Source: Escherichia phage vB_Ec-M-J
Length of the DNA: 64,000 bases
Sequence record: OQ718158.1
Strand: one strand, 5' to 3'
Shown here: in pieces, positions 38,550-48,602 of the stretch
How positions within the stretch are numbered: position 1 is the first letter of the stretch
How the letters are laid out: every line of letters begins with the position of its first letter
The notes under the pieces: model-generated
The model's input: the letters and a program-made list of their open reading frames with translations, nothing else
Database searches by the model: none
Told to the model about the DNA's origin: nothing
Made by a program: the position numbers and the translations under genes

Positions 38550-39083
38550 ATGAATAGATTACAACAAATCCTAACGGATAAAAAACCAGTTTTTGAATAC
38601 CGAGTCAAGTTTGCAGTTGAACCTACCAATGAGCAACTAAGTAAAGTATCACAACGCCTAATGGATCGTTATGATGCATTTGATATTGGTGCACTAAAGA
38701 AAACTATTTTCATGGAAAGACCACTAGATTTTTATGAATTAGATTGTGGTGAAATTTGGATGTTTGATTTCAAATGCCACCGTGGTGTTCAATCAAACGT
38801 ACTAATGTATGAAATTGGCAACCTACTAAGTATGACTGAAGCTCTAATCCGTGTACGTAGTAAAGATGAACCACGTCAACAAGAAATGACCGAACTCGAA
38901 GATGATATTGACTTTGACGATTACGAACCAGTAATTGGTGTTGATTTTGGTAAACCAGAAGACAGCCACGATTTAGCTGGTGAAGAACGTGCTGTAACCG
39001 CAGTTAAAGATGCGATTGAAGCAGTAAAAAGTGACAATAAATACTCTCAATATATGAGTGCTGGTTTTGGTAAAAAGGATTGA
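38550..39083 (+). CDS. hypothetical protein
   Basis: 177 aa ORF. Confidence 0.5.
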   Translation: MNRLQQILTDKKPVFEYRVKFAVEPTNEQLSKVSQRLMDRYDAFDIGALKKTIFMERPLDFYELDCGEIWMFDFKCHRGVQSNVLMYEIGNLLSMTEALIRVRSKDEPRQQEMTELEDDIDFDDYEPVIGVDFGKPEDSHDLAGEERAVTAVKDAIEAVKSDNKYSQYMSAGFGKKD

Positions 39084-39086
39084 GAC

Positions 39087-39632
39087 ATGAGTATACTTAA
39101 TGAAATGTTAGATTATAATGATGAAGAGCTAAATGAAGCTCGTCCATATAGTCGTTCACAAAGTGCAGTAGATAGTGCAAAAGGAAAAGTAAAAGGCTTT
39201 TTCGGTAGTGGTCAAGTAGAACAAGGTGCACAAGAAGTTGGTGCAGAAGCAAACCGTCTTTGGGCTGAATTTAAACGCTATGTTGGACGCAAATACGGTA
39301 AAGCACAGCCATCAGTACCATATGCTGATGTTGCACAATTCTTCAAAGGAAATAACCTTGATATAAAACATTTGGGCAATAACAGTCGTCGTACTTTTAC
39401 TCCTAAAGATGTTGGTTCTGCTCTATTGGCAGCAGCACGTGACTTGATGAATGATTATCGTGATGATGATAAAGGTGAAGAACAACAACGTCCTGCACCA
39501 CAAGCTCAACCTGACAATGCTCCACAATCAGCACCACAGGAACAGCCAAAAGCACAAGGTTCTAGTATCCCTGATGCTCTACAAAAATTAAGTCCAGAGC
39601 AGCGTGAACAACTTTTGCGTATGCTTTCTTAA
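39087..39632 (+). CDS. hypothetical protein
   Basis: 181 aa ORF. Confidence 0.5.
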   Translation: MSILNEMLDYNDEELNEARPYSRSQSAVDSAKGKVKGFFGSGQVEQGAQEVGAEANRLWAEFKRYVGRKYGKAQPSVPYADVAQFFKGNNLDIKHLGNNSRRTFTPKDVGSALLAAARDLMNDYRDDDKGEEQQRPAPQAQPDNAPQSAPQEQPKAQGSSIPDALQKLSPEQREQLLRMLS

Positions 39633-39645
39633 GGAGAATCAACAC

Positions 39646-41157
39646 ATGGATAATTTTTTCAGTACTGAAACTACCACAGTACCTAATGGATATGTATATA
39701 CTTCTCACACTGGTGGCAAATATGTATTTCTAGAAGGTTTCTGGTTTAACGACAATAATATGTTAATGGTAGACCCTAAAAAATACCCATCCATGTACGC
39801 AAGTGCTCGACAACAGATTGTTGAGCACAATCTATCTTCTAGTGAATATAAAATTGGTAACAAATATATTCTTGAAGGTAAAGAGTGTACATTTCTTGGT
39901 GAAAATCGTTTCAATTCTAAAGATGGAATTCTACTAACTGAAAGTGAAATTATCACTGAACTAATGGCAGATGACCACCGTGTATATAATGTTTCAAAAG
40001 AAACTCTACAAAAAGAATGGAACTCCCTAAAATTCTATATCCTTCCACCATATGCTGATGATATTTCTATTCCAGCAGGTATGGAAGTTAGTGGATTTAA
40101 ATTCATCCCTAAAAATCACCGTTTTGTTGATGCAAAATCTGGACGTCCAGTTGACCCAGCAATGACACGTAAACTTTCCGATGAAGGTATGCGTATTGCT
40201 CGCCAATTAGCACCAAAAAACAAACTAATTCCAATTAAATCTACTTTAGTACAAGGTAATACTCGTTCCGAATGGAATGGTAAAGAATTTTGTGATAATG
40301 ATGGTAATGTTGTAATTCCAGAACAAAATGCACATGTAATCTTTAATGCATATCAGCAATTTGTTAAGGCTAACCCTGGTGATTTTCCTTCACTAACTGG
40401 TGATCATGAATCAGGTGAACAACGTTTTGGTTCAGGTGAAAAGCCAGAACAACCCAAACAACCAGTAAAACAGCCAGTATTCGCAACAAAAGAATCCATT
40501 AATGAAGCAGATGAAGAGATTGAAGAAACTGAATCTGTTGTGGTTCCACATGGTTACCGCATTACTTCAAATAAAGGTAAAACATACATTAAACAAAAAA
40601 ATGCATGGTTTGATGTAGAAACTAAAAAACAACTAAATTCTAGTGCTGCAAAAAGTGTTGAACGTGCTGCTCAACGTGATATAATTCGCCATAATAGTTC
40701 TGGTGCAATGAAAATCGGAACTAAAGTAAAATCTAAGAAAGGCACAGAGTATTCTTATATCGGTGGTAACCGCTTTATTAGTGCTGATGGTAAATTGATT
40801 CCAAAATCAACTGCTGATGACATTCTTGCTCGTTATGATGCAGAACGTGCTGATAAGAAAGAAGAAGAACCTGAAGATAAAGTAGATGCTGAAGTATCAA
40901 GTACTGATGTAGTTGAACCAAAAGCTGAACCTACTAAAGAACCAGAACCTGTATCAGAGCCAGAACCTGAAGTTCCTGCTCCTGGTGATGAAGTTCAATC
41001 ATTGGCTTCACGAATTAAAGAATCACCTTACGCTAAGAAAATTACAGTACTCTTAACGCGTGGTGATGAGGTTTCTCTAATTGCTGCTGACATTTTACTA
41101 TCTGGTAAAAAGGATGAAACAGTGCAAATTTTAAAATCATTAAATAAGAATGATTGA
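39646..41157 (+). CDS. hypothetical protein
   Basis: Start set at MDNFF with RBS aaggagaa (track start 39604 overlaps the upstream gene). Confidence 0.5.
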   Translation: MDNFFSTETTTVPNGYVYTSHTGGKYVFLEGFWFNDNNMLMVDPKKYPSMYASARQQIVEHNLSSSEYKIGNKYILEGKECTFLGENRFNSKDGILLTESEIITELMADDHRVYNVSKETLQKEWNSLKFYILPPYADDISIPAGMEVSGFKFIPKNHRFVDAKSGRPVDPAMTRKLSDEGMRIARQLAPKNKLIPIKSTLVQGNTRSEWNGKEFCDNDGNVVIPEQNAHVIFNAYQQFVKANPGDFPSLTGDHESGEQRFGSGEKPEQPKQPVKQPVFATKESINEADEEIEETESVVVPHGYRITSNKGKTYIKQKNAWFDVETKKQLNSSAAKSVERAAQRDIIRHNSSGAMKIGTKVKSKKGTEYSYIGGNRFISADGKLIPKSTADDILARYDAERADKKEEEPEDKVDAEVSSTDVVEPKAEPTKEPEPVSEPEPEVPAPGDEVQSLASRIKESPYAKKITVLLTRGDEVSLIAADILLSGKKDETVQILKSLNKND

Positions 41158-41179
41158 TAACTAAAAGGATTTATTTAAA

Positions 41180-42169
41180 ATGGCTAAAAAAATTAATGAA
41201 GCACAAGTTAAAATCGATATCGCAGGACTAGAATCTGAAGATCTAGAAACACTATCTCGTATGCTTGCACTAGCTGGTCAAGCCGAGCGTCAAGCTTCTC
41301 CTGTTGCTGCTCCAGTTCCTTCTATGGGGTCAATGACCCCTTCTCTACCACCAATCGCTCCACTCGATATGGATTCAATTGGTGCTGGTGCAGAAGAAGA
41401 AGTTGGTGGTTCAATGGATGGTGCAATTGATGCACCTGTTGAAGACCCATTAGAAGTTGCTGCTGACTCACTATCTGCTGAAGCTGGTGATTTTGGTGGT
41501 GATTCTGAAGAAGTAAGTATGGATGCAGAGTTCGAAGAGCCTGGTGTTGCAGATGAAGAAGAGTTTTCTTTAGATCTTTCCGGTCAACCTCAACTAGAAT
41601 CAGTTGAAGAAGAGGAAGAAGAAGAAATCATCGAAGAAGAATTCGATTTCAGTCGTATGCTATCTCTAGCTGGTCTTCAAGACGAACCAGAAGATGAATA
41701 TTCAGTAGAAGGTAACCCAGATACTGAAGTTAAAGTTGAAGAAAACACTTTCCTACCAGACCTAACCATCTCTGAAGATGAAGAACAAGGTGACAGTACT
41801 GATTTTGGACCTTACAACACTGAAGCTGATGCCGTTCGTGACGGTCAAGCTAAAACTAATGGTGTAGAAGGTGACCACTTTGTTGTTATTACCAAGGGTA
41901 ACAAGTTTTACTGGAGACGTGTCGTTGATGAAGATGTTGACAACCGTCCTGAACCAGAGTACTATGACAATGACGGTAACGAGAACCGTGTTCACAAATT
42001 TGAACCTAAGTTCCCAGGTACTGCTCTAGGTGACAACCCACTCAATGTTAATGAGAGTGATGAGTCCGTGGAAGGTAACGAAGAACTAGAAGATGAAAGC
42101 GATGAAGAAGTCGAAGACATTTTCGAAAGTCTCCAGAAGAAATATCAACAATTTCTAGGGGACAAATAA
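41180..42169 (+). CDS. highly acidic protein (possible scaffold or internal protein)
   Basis: 329 aa; long Glu/Asp-rich low-complexity tracts. Confidence 0.5.
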   Translation: MAKKINEAQVKIDIAGLESEDLETLSRMLALAGQAERQASPVAAPVPSMGSMTPSLPPIAPLDMDSIGAGAEEEVGGSMDGAIDAPVEDPLEVAADSLSAEAGDFGGDSEEVSMDAEFEEPGVADEEEFSLDLSGQPQLESVEEEEEEEIIEEEFDFSRMLSLAGLQDEPEDEYSVEGNPDTEVKVEENTFLPDLTISEDEEQGDSTDFGPYNTEADAVRDGQAKTNGVEGDHFVVITKGNKFYWRRVVDEDVDNRPEPEYYDNDGNENRVHKFEPKFPGTALGDNPLNVNESDESVEGNEELEDESDEEVEDIFESLQKKYQQFLGDK

Positions 42170-42170
42170 G

Positions 42171-42563
42171 ATGGGATATAATTATCGTGAATTGGTTGAA
42201 GCATTAGATGAAATCACTTCTAGTGAAGAATCTACTGAAGAAGAAAGTTTTGCAGTTGAGACTCCTTCTGATGCTGTTGCCACCGATTTACTTAAAGATA
42301 TCACCGAATGCCTTATCCACATTGTGGATAAGGTTAAATCAGGTGAAGATCAAAAAGAAATCGTAGAAAAGCTTCAAAAAGCGTGTGACATTTTATCGGA
42401 TGTTCGATATAATGATGAAAGTACTGAAGAAGTTGATGAATCCACTGATTGCTGCTTCGGAACCAAAGATATGGGTCCGAAAATTGGTAAAGATGGTGTC
42501 CAAGACTATAAAGTTAAAGATGCTCCTTCATATGCAGCAAGACAGGGTTTCGTGGGGATGTAA
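42171..42563 (+). CDS. hypothetical acidic protein
   Basis: 130 aa ORF. Confidence 0.45.
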   Translation: MGYNYRELVEALDEITSSEESTEEESFAVETPSDAVATDLLKDITECLIHIVDKVKSGEDQKEIVEKLQKACDILSDVRYNDESTEEVDESTDCCFGTKDMGPKIGKDGVQDYKVKDAPSYAARQGFVGM

Positions 42564-42566
42564 TTT

Positions 42567-42944
42567 ATGATTCCTGAACCACACAACAGTACTGAATTTC
42601 AAAACGATGTACTTTTAAAAGTTAGAGAAGTACATGGATCAGACGCTGAATTAACAGACCGTATGCTTCTGATGTCAATTTTTGAAAATTTCAGAACTGG
42701 CGGTGGTTTAAGACTTAGCAAGTTTGGATATACAATTTGTAAAGAAAACATTCTTTATGAATTTACAAAAATCCCCTTGCAAAGAGAGTTCAAAAGTTCT
42801 ATAATCTTTACATCGCTTGATAGGATATGTACTTCACCCTACTATGTAGAAGGGCAGTACATATACCTCTCGGACGCAATGATAGTTACAGAGTTAACAT
42901 TGTGTGGTGATGATTTTAGAATGTTATTTTCGATGCACATGTAG
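42567..42944 (+). CDS. hypothetical protein
   Basis: 125 aa ORF. Confidence 0.45.
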   Translation: MIPEPHNSTEFQNDVLLKVREVHGSDAELTDRMLLMSIFENFRTGGGLRLSKFGYTICKENILYEFTKIPLQREFKSSIIFTSLDRICTSPYYVEGQYIYLSDAMIVTELTLCGDDFRMLFSMHM

Positions 42945-42968
42945 CTTCGAAAATAAAGAAAAAAAGAT

Positions 42969-42996
42969 GTTGACAACGCCGAATGATGTGTTATAA
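42969..42996 (+). promoter_or_regulatory. strong sigma70-type promoter P1 (TTGACA-16-TATAAT, TG-extended)
   Basis: ttgaca 42969-42974, tgt-tataat ending 42996. Confidence 0.65.
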
Positions 42997-43061
42997 TGAC
43001 CATCACGAAGCAAGTTTTCAAAATCACAAGATGTGAGATTGAAAAAGAAATAAAAAAGTTG

Positions 43062-43089
43062 TTGACAAGCCTGAACGATGTGATATAAT
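43062..43089 (+). promoter_or_regulatory. strong sigma70-type promoter P2 (TTGACA-16-TGaTATAAT)
   Basis: ttgaca 43062-43067, tataat 43084-43089 with TG at 43081-43082. Confidence 0.65.
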
Positions 43090-43152
43090 GACCACATCAA
43101 GACGGCAAAGAGAAATGCCTTTTTAAATACACGGATGATTCATGAAGTAACA

Positions 43153-43193
43153 AAGGAACTGATAAGTTAAAAATTCTTTTAACACAGTTCCTT
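43153..43193 (+). other. leader hairpin (9-bp stem, 23-nt loop) between promoters
   Basis: aaggaactg ... cagttcctt; overlaps the -35 of P3. Confidence 0.4.
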
Positions 43194-43220
43194 TACTTTT
43201 GCCCACGGATTGGCTATAAT
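43192..43220 (+). promoter_or_regulatory. sigma70-like promoter P3 (TTTACT-17-TATAAT)
   Basis: tttact 43192-43197, tataat 43215-43220. Confidence 0.45.
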
Positions 43221-43260
43221 AGAAACCTAAACGATTTTATCCAACAAAAGGAAAATATAC

Positions 43261-44589
43261 ATGTCTACTCAAAACAACGATATCCTGAACGTAAAACTGA
43301 CTCCTAAGAAAGCTAAAGAAGCAATGGCACTGGCTGACATGATTCAAGATAGCCTGATGATTTGGGGTAGCCCTGGTATCGGTAAATCTGCTATCGCACG
43401 TCAATACGCTGATGAGAACTACCCACTGCGTAAAGATAACGTGGCAAAAATTGAGTTCATGAAACAACAAATCGAAGCTGATACTGAAAATGCTGATCAA
43501 CTTCGCCGTGAACTGGCAGCGTTTGAAGCCAAACTAATCGACCAAGACACTAACTTTATCGATTTCCGTTTGTCTCAGATTGAACCAAGTGACCTTCGCG
43601 GTATCCCAGTTCCAGAGAAAGTGTTCCTTGATATGGATGGTAAGCAACTGATTGAATCTGAACTGGCTAGTGCACAAGATTACATCGCTGAAACAGCAGT
43701 TGTGTGGGCAGCACCTAAAGTACTGAAGCTGTCTCCAGATTGGAAAGGTGTTATTCTGTTTGACGAAATCAACTCTGCAATGCCGATTGTACAGGCAGCG
43801 TCTTATCAGCTAATCCTCGACCGTTGTGTTGGTGAGATGAAGCTACCTAAGACTGCACTGATTCTCGCAGCAGGTAACCGTGAAACTGATGGCGGTGTAA
43901 CGTTCTCTCTAGCTACACCACTGCGTGACCGTATGACCCACATCGAAATGATTCCTTATCATCAAGATTGGATTAACGATTATGCGATTGGTAAGCGTTT
44001 GAACCCAGCAACTGTAGCGTTCATCAACAACACTGGTGCTAAACACTTCAACACCCTTAGCCCACAAGATCCTTCTCACTGTGGTGGTACTTCTCCACGT
44101 TCATGGGAAGCAGTAGCACGCTACGAAGATCTGAAGAAAGTTAAGAACATTGATAAAGAAGTGTTCCGTGCGATGATTGCAGGTCGTGTTGGTGAAGGCG
44201 TAGCAACTGAATACATCGAGTATGTTGATAACGTAGCTAAACTACCAGATACCATGTCCATCCTACAGGGTGAGATTAAAGAGATTGATGCTTCGCTTGA
44301 TATTTCCGCGAACTACTTCATCACTCTGAATCTGGTTTACAAAATTATCGACCTCTACAATGAGAAGCAAGAACAACGTCTACCAGTGGAAGATTGGGGT
44401 AAGCTGTGCAACAACTTCATCACCTTCCTAGACCATAACTTCTCTGCAACTCAAGCAGAACTGGCAGTACTGGCGATTCGTACCATCACGCTTCATAAAG
44501 TAGCGATTACGATTAAAGATGTACCAGCGTTTAAAGACTTCGTTATGAAGTACTCTGACCTAGTACGTAAAGCACGCTCTCTTGGTTAA
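43261..44589 (+). CDS. AAA+ ATPase, MoxR/CobS-like (AAA_5)
   Basis: 442 aa; Walker A GSPGIGKS, Walker B ILFDEINSA; CTG-rich codon usage unlike neighbours. Confidence 0.7.
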   Translation: MSTQNNDILNVKLTPKKAKEAMALADMIQDSLMIWGSPGIGKSAIARQYADENYPLRKDNVAKIEFMKQQIEADTENADQLRRELAAFEAKLIDQDTNFIDFRLSQIEPSDLRGIPVPEKVFLDMDGKQLIESELASAQDYIAETAVVWAAPKVLKLSPDWKGVILFDEINSAMPIVQAASYQLILDRCVGEMKLPKTALILAAGNRETDGGVTFSLATPLRDRMTHIEMIPYHQDWINDYAIGKRLNPATVAFINNTGAKHFNTLSPQDPSHCGGTSPRSWEAVARYEDLKKVKNIDKEVFRAMIAGRVGEGVATEYIEYVDNVAKLPDTMSILQGEIKEIDASLDISANYFITLNLVYKIIDLYNEKQEQRLPVEDWGKLCNNFITFLDHNFSATQAELAVLAIRTITLHKVAITIKDVPAFKDFVMKYSDLVRKARSLG

Positions 44590-44614
44590 TAATTAAAAAG
44601 AGTGTTGACAAGGA

Positions 44615-44641
44615 GGATACCACATGGTATCCTTCTTTTAT
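44615..44641 (+). terminator. intrinsic terminator (perfect palindrome)
   Basis: ggatacc-acat-ggtatcc followed by ttcttttat. Confidence 0.6.
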
Positions 44642-44664
44642 CTTAACTAAACGAGGAAATACAA

Positions 44665-46074
44665 ATGTCAGATAAACGTTTCAGTGATGTTACTCCGGCT
44701 CTCCAGAAAGAATGTCAAGATCGTCTGATCTTAGCTCGCACATCTTTAATGCTAACATTCCCATTCTTTGGTGTACTGGCTTCTCGTCTGCGTCCAGTTG
44801 CAAACAACACATGGTGTCGTACTTTGGCTGTAGATGGTAAGCATTTATTCTACAACGTAGAATTCATCATGGGTATTCAGGACCAATCCAAAAAGTCAGC
44901 ATACGAAGAAGCAATTCGTGAGAAACATCCTGAAGTAACTGAAGAACAACTTAAAGAAATGACAGAAGGTTTGACCGATGAAAACCTGATTGCAGTTATC
45001 TGTCATGAGATTCTTCACTGTGCATATGACCACTTCTTGCGTCGTGGTATGCGTGACCCGCAGCGTTATAACCGTGCTGCTGACTATGCAATTAACCAGA
45101 TTCTTGTTCGTGATAAAATTGGTAAAATCCAAAGCCAATGGCTGTACGATAAAAAGTACGATGGTATGACTGCTGAAGAGATTTATAACATTCTCGAAGA
45201 AGAAGATAAGCAGGATCAAGACGGAGAAGGTGAAGGAAATCCACAGGCTGGTAGTGGTGAGGGTGAAGGTAAATCACGCGGTACTTTTGGTGATATCAAA
45301 GATGGTAAAGGCAAAGGTACAACAATTGACCAGCATGACGTTCCACAAGAAGGTCAAGAGGGTGGTTCAAGTGAGAAACAAAAACGTGATTATATGGATG
45401 ATTTCAAAACAGCAATGATGAATGCTGCTCGTGCAGGTGGTACTCCTGCTGAAATCGCACGTATGATTAACAACTTCAAAGAACCTAAGATTGACTGGCG
45501 TTCCAAACTTCACCGCACACTGCGTAGCTGGTTGAAGTCTGATGCAACTTATCAAAATCCTAATCGTCGTTCATGGGGTGCTGGTTTTGGTAGTTCTGGT
45601 TCATTCTACGGGAATCCAATCTTCCCTGGTATGAAACCAGATGATGATATTGATATTGCAATTGCACTAGATGCATCCGGTTCTATCTCTGAAGATATGC
45701 TCCGTGATTTCATCAGTGAAGTACTGGGTATCACTAAGCAGTTTAAACAATTTAAAATCCGTATCATGACGTTCGATACTGAAGTTTATACTGTTAAAGA
45801 TTACAAAACTGGTGAAGAGAGTAAGATTCTCGAATATCCAGTGAAAGGTGGTGGTGGTACTGACTTTGAAGCAGTATGGGTTCATATGAAGCATGACAAC
45901 TATAAGCCTAAACAGCTTATTATGTTTACCGATGGTGAGCCGTGGCAGTCATGGGGTGATCCTGATTACTGTAAGACACTGTTTGTTATCCACAGTAATC
46001 CTAACAAACAAGCACCATTTGGCGAAACTGTACACTACGAATATGAAGCTGACAAAAAGCGTCAACGTAGCTAA
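44665..46074 (+). CDS. VWA-domain protein with N-terminal HExxH metallopeptidase-like domain (DUF2201 / CobT-like)
   Basis: 469 aa; HEILH motif; MIDAS-type DASGS; partner of the upstream ATPase. Confidence 0.65.
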   Translation: MSDKRFSDVTPALQKECQDRLILARTSLMLTFPFFGVLASRLRPVANNTWCRTLAVDGKHLFYNVEFIMGIQDQSKKSAYEEAIREKHPEVTEEQLKEMTEGLTDENLIAVICHEILHCAYDHFLRRGMRDPQRYNRAADYAINQILVRDKIGKIQSQWLYDKKYDGMTAEEIYNILEEEDKQDQDGEGEGNPQAGSGEGEGKSRGTFGDIKDGKGKGTTIDQHDVPQEGQEGGSSEKQKRDYMDDFKTAMMNAARAGGTPAEIARMINNFKEPKIDWRSKLHRTLRSWLKSDATYQNPNRRSWGAGFGSSGSFYGNPIFPGMKPDDDIDIAIALDASGSISEDMLRDFISEVLGITKQFKQFKIRIMTFDTEVYTVKDYKTGEESKILEYPVKGGGGTDFEAVWVHMKHDNYKPKQLIMFTDGEPWQSWGDPDYCKTLFVIHSNPNKQAPFGETVHYEYEADKKRQRS

Positions 46075-46086
46075 GTACTAAATAAT

Positions 46087-46117
46087 GAGAACGGAAAATT
46101 CCGTTCTCTACTTTTTT
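46087..46117 (+). terminator. intrinsic terminator
   Basis: gagaacgg-aaaatt-ccgttctc followed by tactttttt. Confidence 0.65.
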
Positions 46118-46140
46118 CAGCGGGACAGCTTGGAAAAAGG

Positions 46141-46149
46141 TGATATAAT
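46141..46149 (+). promoter_or_regulatory. extended -10 element (TGaTATAAT)
   Basis: tgatataat at 46141-46149. Confidence 0.35.
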
Positions 46150-46183
46150 TATATTTGTAACAACATACATGGAGAGTATTAAA

Positions 46184-46414
46184 ATGGAACAAGAACCAGA
46201 AAAAATTCAACTAACACTAATCGACCTAATCAACGCTGCTAAAATCATGGAAGCTGCTGTGGCTCGTAATTCATTTAAAGTCGAAGAACTTGTTGATGTT
46301 GCTCCAGTCGTATCTAAGTTTGTTGAGTTTGCTAACTCTGCACTCGAAGATATCAAAGCACAAGAAGAAGCTGATGCTGCACAAGCTGCTGCTGAACAAA
46401 ATAAAGGAGAATAA
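46184..46414 (+). CDS. hypothetical small protein
   Basis: Start set at MEQEPEK with RBS ggagag; track start 46085 runs through the terminator and promoter. Confidence 0.5.
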   Translation: MEQEPEKIQLTLIDLINAAKIMEAAVARNSFKVEELVDVAPVVSKFVEFANSALEDIKAQEEADAAQAAAEQNKGE

Positions 46415-46416
46415 TA

Positions 46417-47070
46417 ATGGCTATTCGTCACGTTGGTGTAGTACGTAATACGGGTTCACGAGTATTTGTGGTATGGCGTTCACTCCCTGATGATCCAGAA
46501 CATTGTCTCATTGTTTATCGCGACTCACTTCCTGAAGCATATGCTCAATCTGTTGCAGATTTAGTAATGAATCAAGGTCAATCGAATGTGGATTTGTGGG
46601 AAGTTATGCATAAGATTGGTCATCTAGACGGTCGCAAAATGCTAGATGTTCTTCATAATCTACAACATTTGCGTCGTGCACGTACTTGTGATATTGATAT
46701 GCATGTTGGTGGAAACAGTAAGATTTCTCTTGATGTTCTAAACAACGCAATCAATGATAATGATGCTAAAAAACATGAAGATGGTAAAGTTAAAGAATAC
46801 AACCCATTCAAGCCACAAGAAGTTGATACTTCTGTTGAAGAAGCTACCATTGTTGAGCAACTACTTAAAGATGCACAACGTTATGAGCAGTTGGCTAAAG
46901 AGCACTTTGAACGTGCTTACAACTTAGAACCATCTCTACGTCCACAAGTTCAAGCAACACCTGGAGCACCTGATAGCAAAACTTTCTATATTGAAATCCC
47001 AGAAGGAATTTCACAAACCAAAGCAATTGAGAAAGTTAAACAGGCATTTGCAGAACGTAAAGCAAAATAA
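46417..47070 (+). CDS. hypothetical protein
   Basis: 217 aa ORF. Confidence 0.5.
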   Translation: MAIRHVGVVRNTGSRVFVVWRSLPDDPEHCLIVYRDSLPEAYAQSVADLVMNQGQSNVDLWEVMHKIGHLDGRKMLDVLHNLQHLRRARTCDIDMHVGGNSKISLDVLNNAINDNDAKKHEDGKVKEYNPFKPQEVDTSVEEATIVEQLLKDAQRYEQLAKEHFERAYNLEPSLRPQVQATPGAPDSKTFYIEIPEGISQTKAIEKVKQAFAERKAK

Positions 47071-47075
47071 TATAA

Positions 47076-47672
47076 ATGAATAAAATAGAATTAGATGAAG
47101 CAATCAATGGTTTATCTAATGTATGTTTCAGTGGCGGGGCAGCAGGTGCTGACCGCCTTTTTTCTATCTATGCAAAAGACAATGGATTTGAAGTAATAAA
47201 TTTTTCATTCAAGGGTCACCAAAGCAGCGTAGATGAAAATACTATATTAGAAATTCCACCCAATATCCTTTGTGATAGTTCAATATTAAAACAATTAAAC
47301 ATTGCATGTTACTCTTTACGCCGTAAAGTTCCTAAGCCTGGTTCGTATGTATATAACTTACTTGCAAGGAATAGTTACCAGATACTTAATACAAAAAGAG
47401 TATATTGTATTGCAAATATTACATCACCTACGCAAGTTTCAGGTGGAACTGCATGGGCCGTACAGATGTATATGGATTCAGTTGACAATCCAGAAATATA
47501 TTGTTATGATATGAACACTCGCTCTGTATTTTATTATGATACAGTACTGAAAGAGTTTACTGAAACATTCTCAATACCAGCACCACACGGTAACTGGACT
47601 GGGATTGGTTCACGTAATGCTACACAAAAACACATGGAACACTTTATTACATTTTTCAAGGACGTAAAATGA
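47076..47672 (+). CDS. hypothetical protein (possible SLOG/DprA-like Rossmann fold, tentative)
   Basis: 198 aa; Gly-rich CFSGGAAGADRLF motif near the N-terminus. Confidence 0.45.
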   Translation: MNKIELDEAINGLSNVCFSGGAAGADRLFSIYAKDNGFEVINFSFKGHQSSVDENTILEIPPNILCDSSILKQLNIACYSLRRKVPKPGSYVYNLLARNSYQILNTKRVYCIANITSPTQVSGGTAWAVQMYMDSVDNPEIYCYDMNTRSVFYYDTVLKEFTETFSIPAPHGNWTGIGSRNATQKHMEHFITFFKDVK

Positions 47673-48598
47673 AACAACTACAAGAACTATATCAAAGAAT
47701 TCTGGATCAAGGTGTCGAAAGCGTTGATCGTACTGGTGTTGGCACTATCAAGCTAATCGGACAACAAATGCGTTTTGACCTAAAAGAAGGTTTCCCAGCA
47801 GTAACTACTAAACGTTTGGCTTGGAAAGCAATGACTTCAGAATTGTTATGGTTTATTGAAGGTTCTCACGATGAGCGTCGTCTGTGTGAAATTTTACACG
47901 GGACACGTGATGTAGAAAAGAAAACAATTTGGACAGACAACTACCTTAATCAAGGTGTAAGCCTTGGTTATTCTGATGGTGAGCTTGGCCCAGTTTATGG
48001 TAAACAATGGCGTGAATGGGAAGATTATAAATTCAGTTCCAGTACTGAAGAAATTCAAGAACTAAAAGATAAAGGGTATAAAGTTATTGATTATACTGGT
48101 TCACATGGTGTTATTATGCGTCGTGTAACTGACCAGCTAAAACAAGTTATTGAAGGTATCAATACTGATCCATACGGTCGTCGTCACATTCTAAGTGCAT
48201 GGAACGTTGGTGAGCTTGATGCTATGACTTTGCCACCCTGTCATAGCTTTGTGCAGTTTTGTGTTGTACAGGGTAAACTAAGTTGTATTCTTCATCAACG
48301 TAGTGCTGATCTATTCCTTGGTGTGCCATTTAATATTAGTAGTTACTCACTACTAACTCATATGATTGCACAAATTACAGGGTTAGATGTTGGTGAATTT
48401 ATTTGGAATGGTGGCGACTGCCATATCTACCAAAACCATATTGAACAAGTAAAAGAGCAACTCCAACGTGAACCACGTACATTACCAGAATTATGGCTAG
48501 ATCCTACTATTACTGATATTGAAGATTTCACTATGGATTCTTTCAAATTAGTTAATTACGATCCAATGCCAACAATCAAAGCACCAATGGCTGTATAA
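47669..48598 (+). CDS. td: thymidylate synthase
   Basis: 309 aa; PPCHSFVQF, LHQRSADLFLGVPFNISSYSLLTHM and C-terminal KAPMAV; Asn retained in PFNIS (not dCMP hydroxymethylase). Confidence 0.85.
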   Translation: MKQLQELYQRILDQGVESVDRTGVGTIKLIGQQMRFDLKEGFPAVTTKRLAWKAMTSELLWFIEGSHDERRLCEILHGTRDVEKKTIWTDNYLNQGVSLGYSDGELGPVYGKQWREWEDYKFSSSTEEIQELKDKGYKVIDYTGSHGVIMRRVTDQLKQVIEGINTDPYGRRHILSAWNVGELDAMTLPPCHSFVQFCVVQGKLSCILHQRSADLFLGVPFNISSYSLLTHMIAQITGLDVGEFIWNGGDCHIYQNHIEQVKEQLQREPRTLPELWLDPTITDIEDFTMDSFKLVNYDPMPTIKAPMAV

Positions 48599-48602
48599 AA
48601 GA

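Noticed and set aside
44598-44633. Promoter reading of TTGACA at 44604-44609 upstream of the VWA gene.
   Set aside because: The 17-18 nt downstream is occupied by the terminator palindrome and the -10 candidate (TATCCT) is weak; more likely coincidental, though a weak overlapping promoter cannot be excluded.
43261-46074. Cobalamin-biosynthesis annotation (CobS/CobT cobaltochelatase) for the ATPase-VWA pair.
   Set aside because: No other cobalamin genes are present, and phage CobS/CobT-like pairs are generic MoxR-VWA modules; kept as ATPase-VWA of unknown function.
46085-46183. Track start of ORF 46085..46414 and similar 5'-extended starts (13421, 15625, 23052, 28141, 29891, 39604).
   Set aside because: The extensions run through terminator hairpins or upstream genes; internal Met or TTG codons with proper RBS were preferred.
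47669-48598. dCMP hydroxymethylase (T4 gp42-like) instead of thymidylate synthase.
   Set aside because: The diagnostic residue in the PFNI(A/S)S motif is Asn as in thymidylate synthases, and the C-terminus KAPMAV matches TS.
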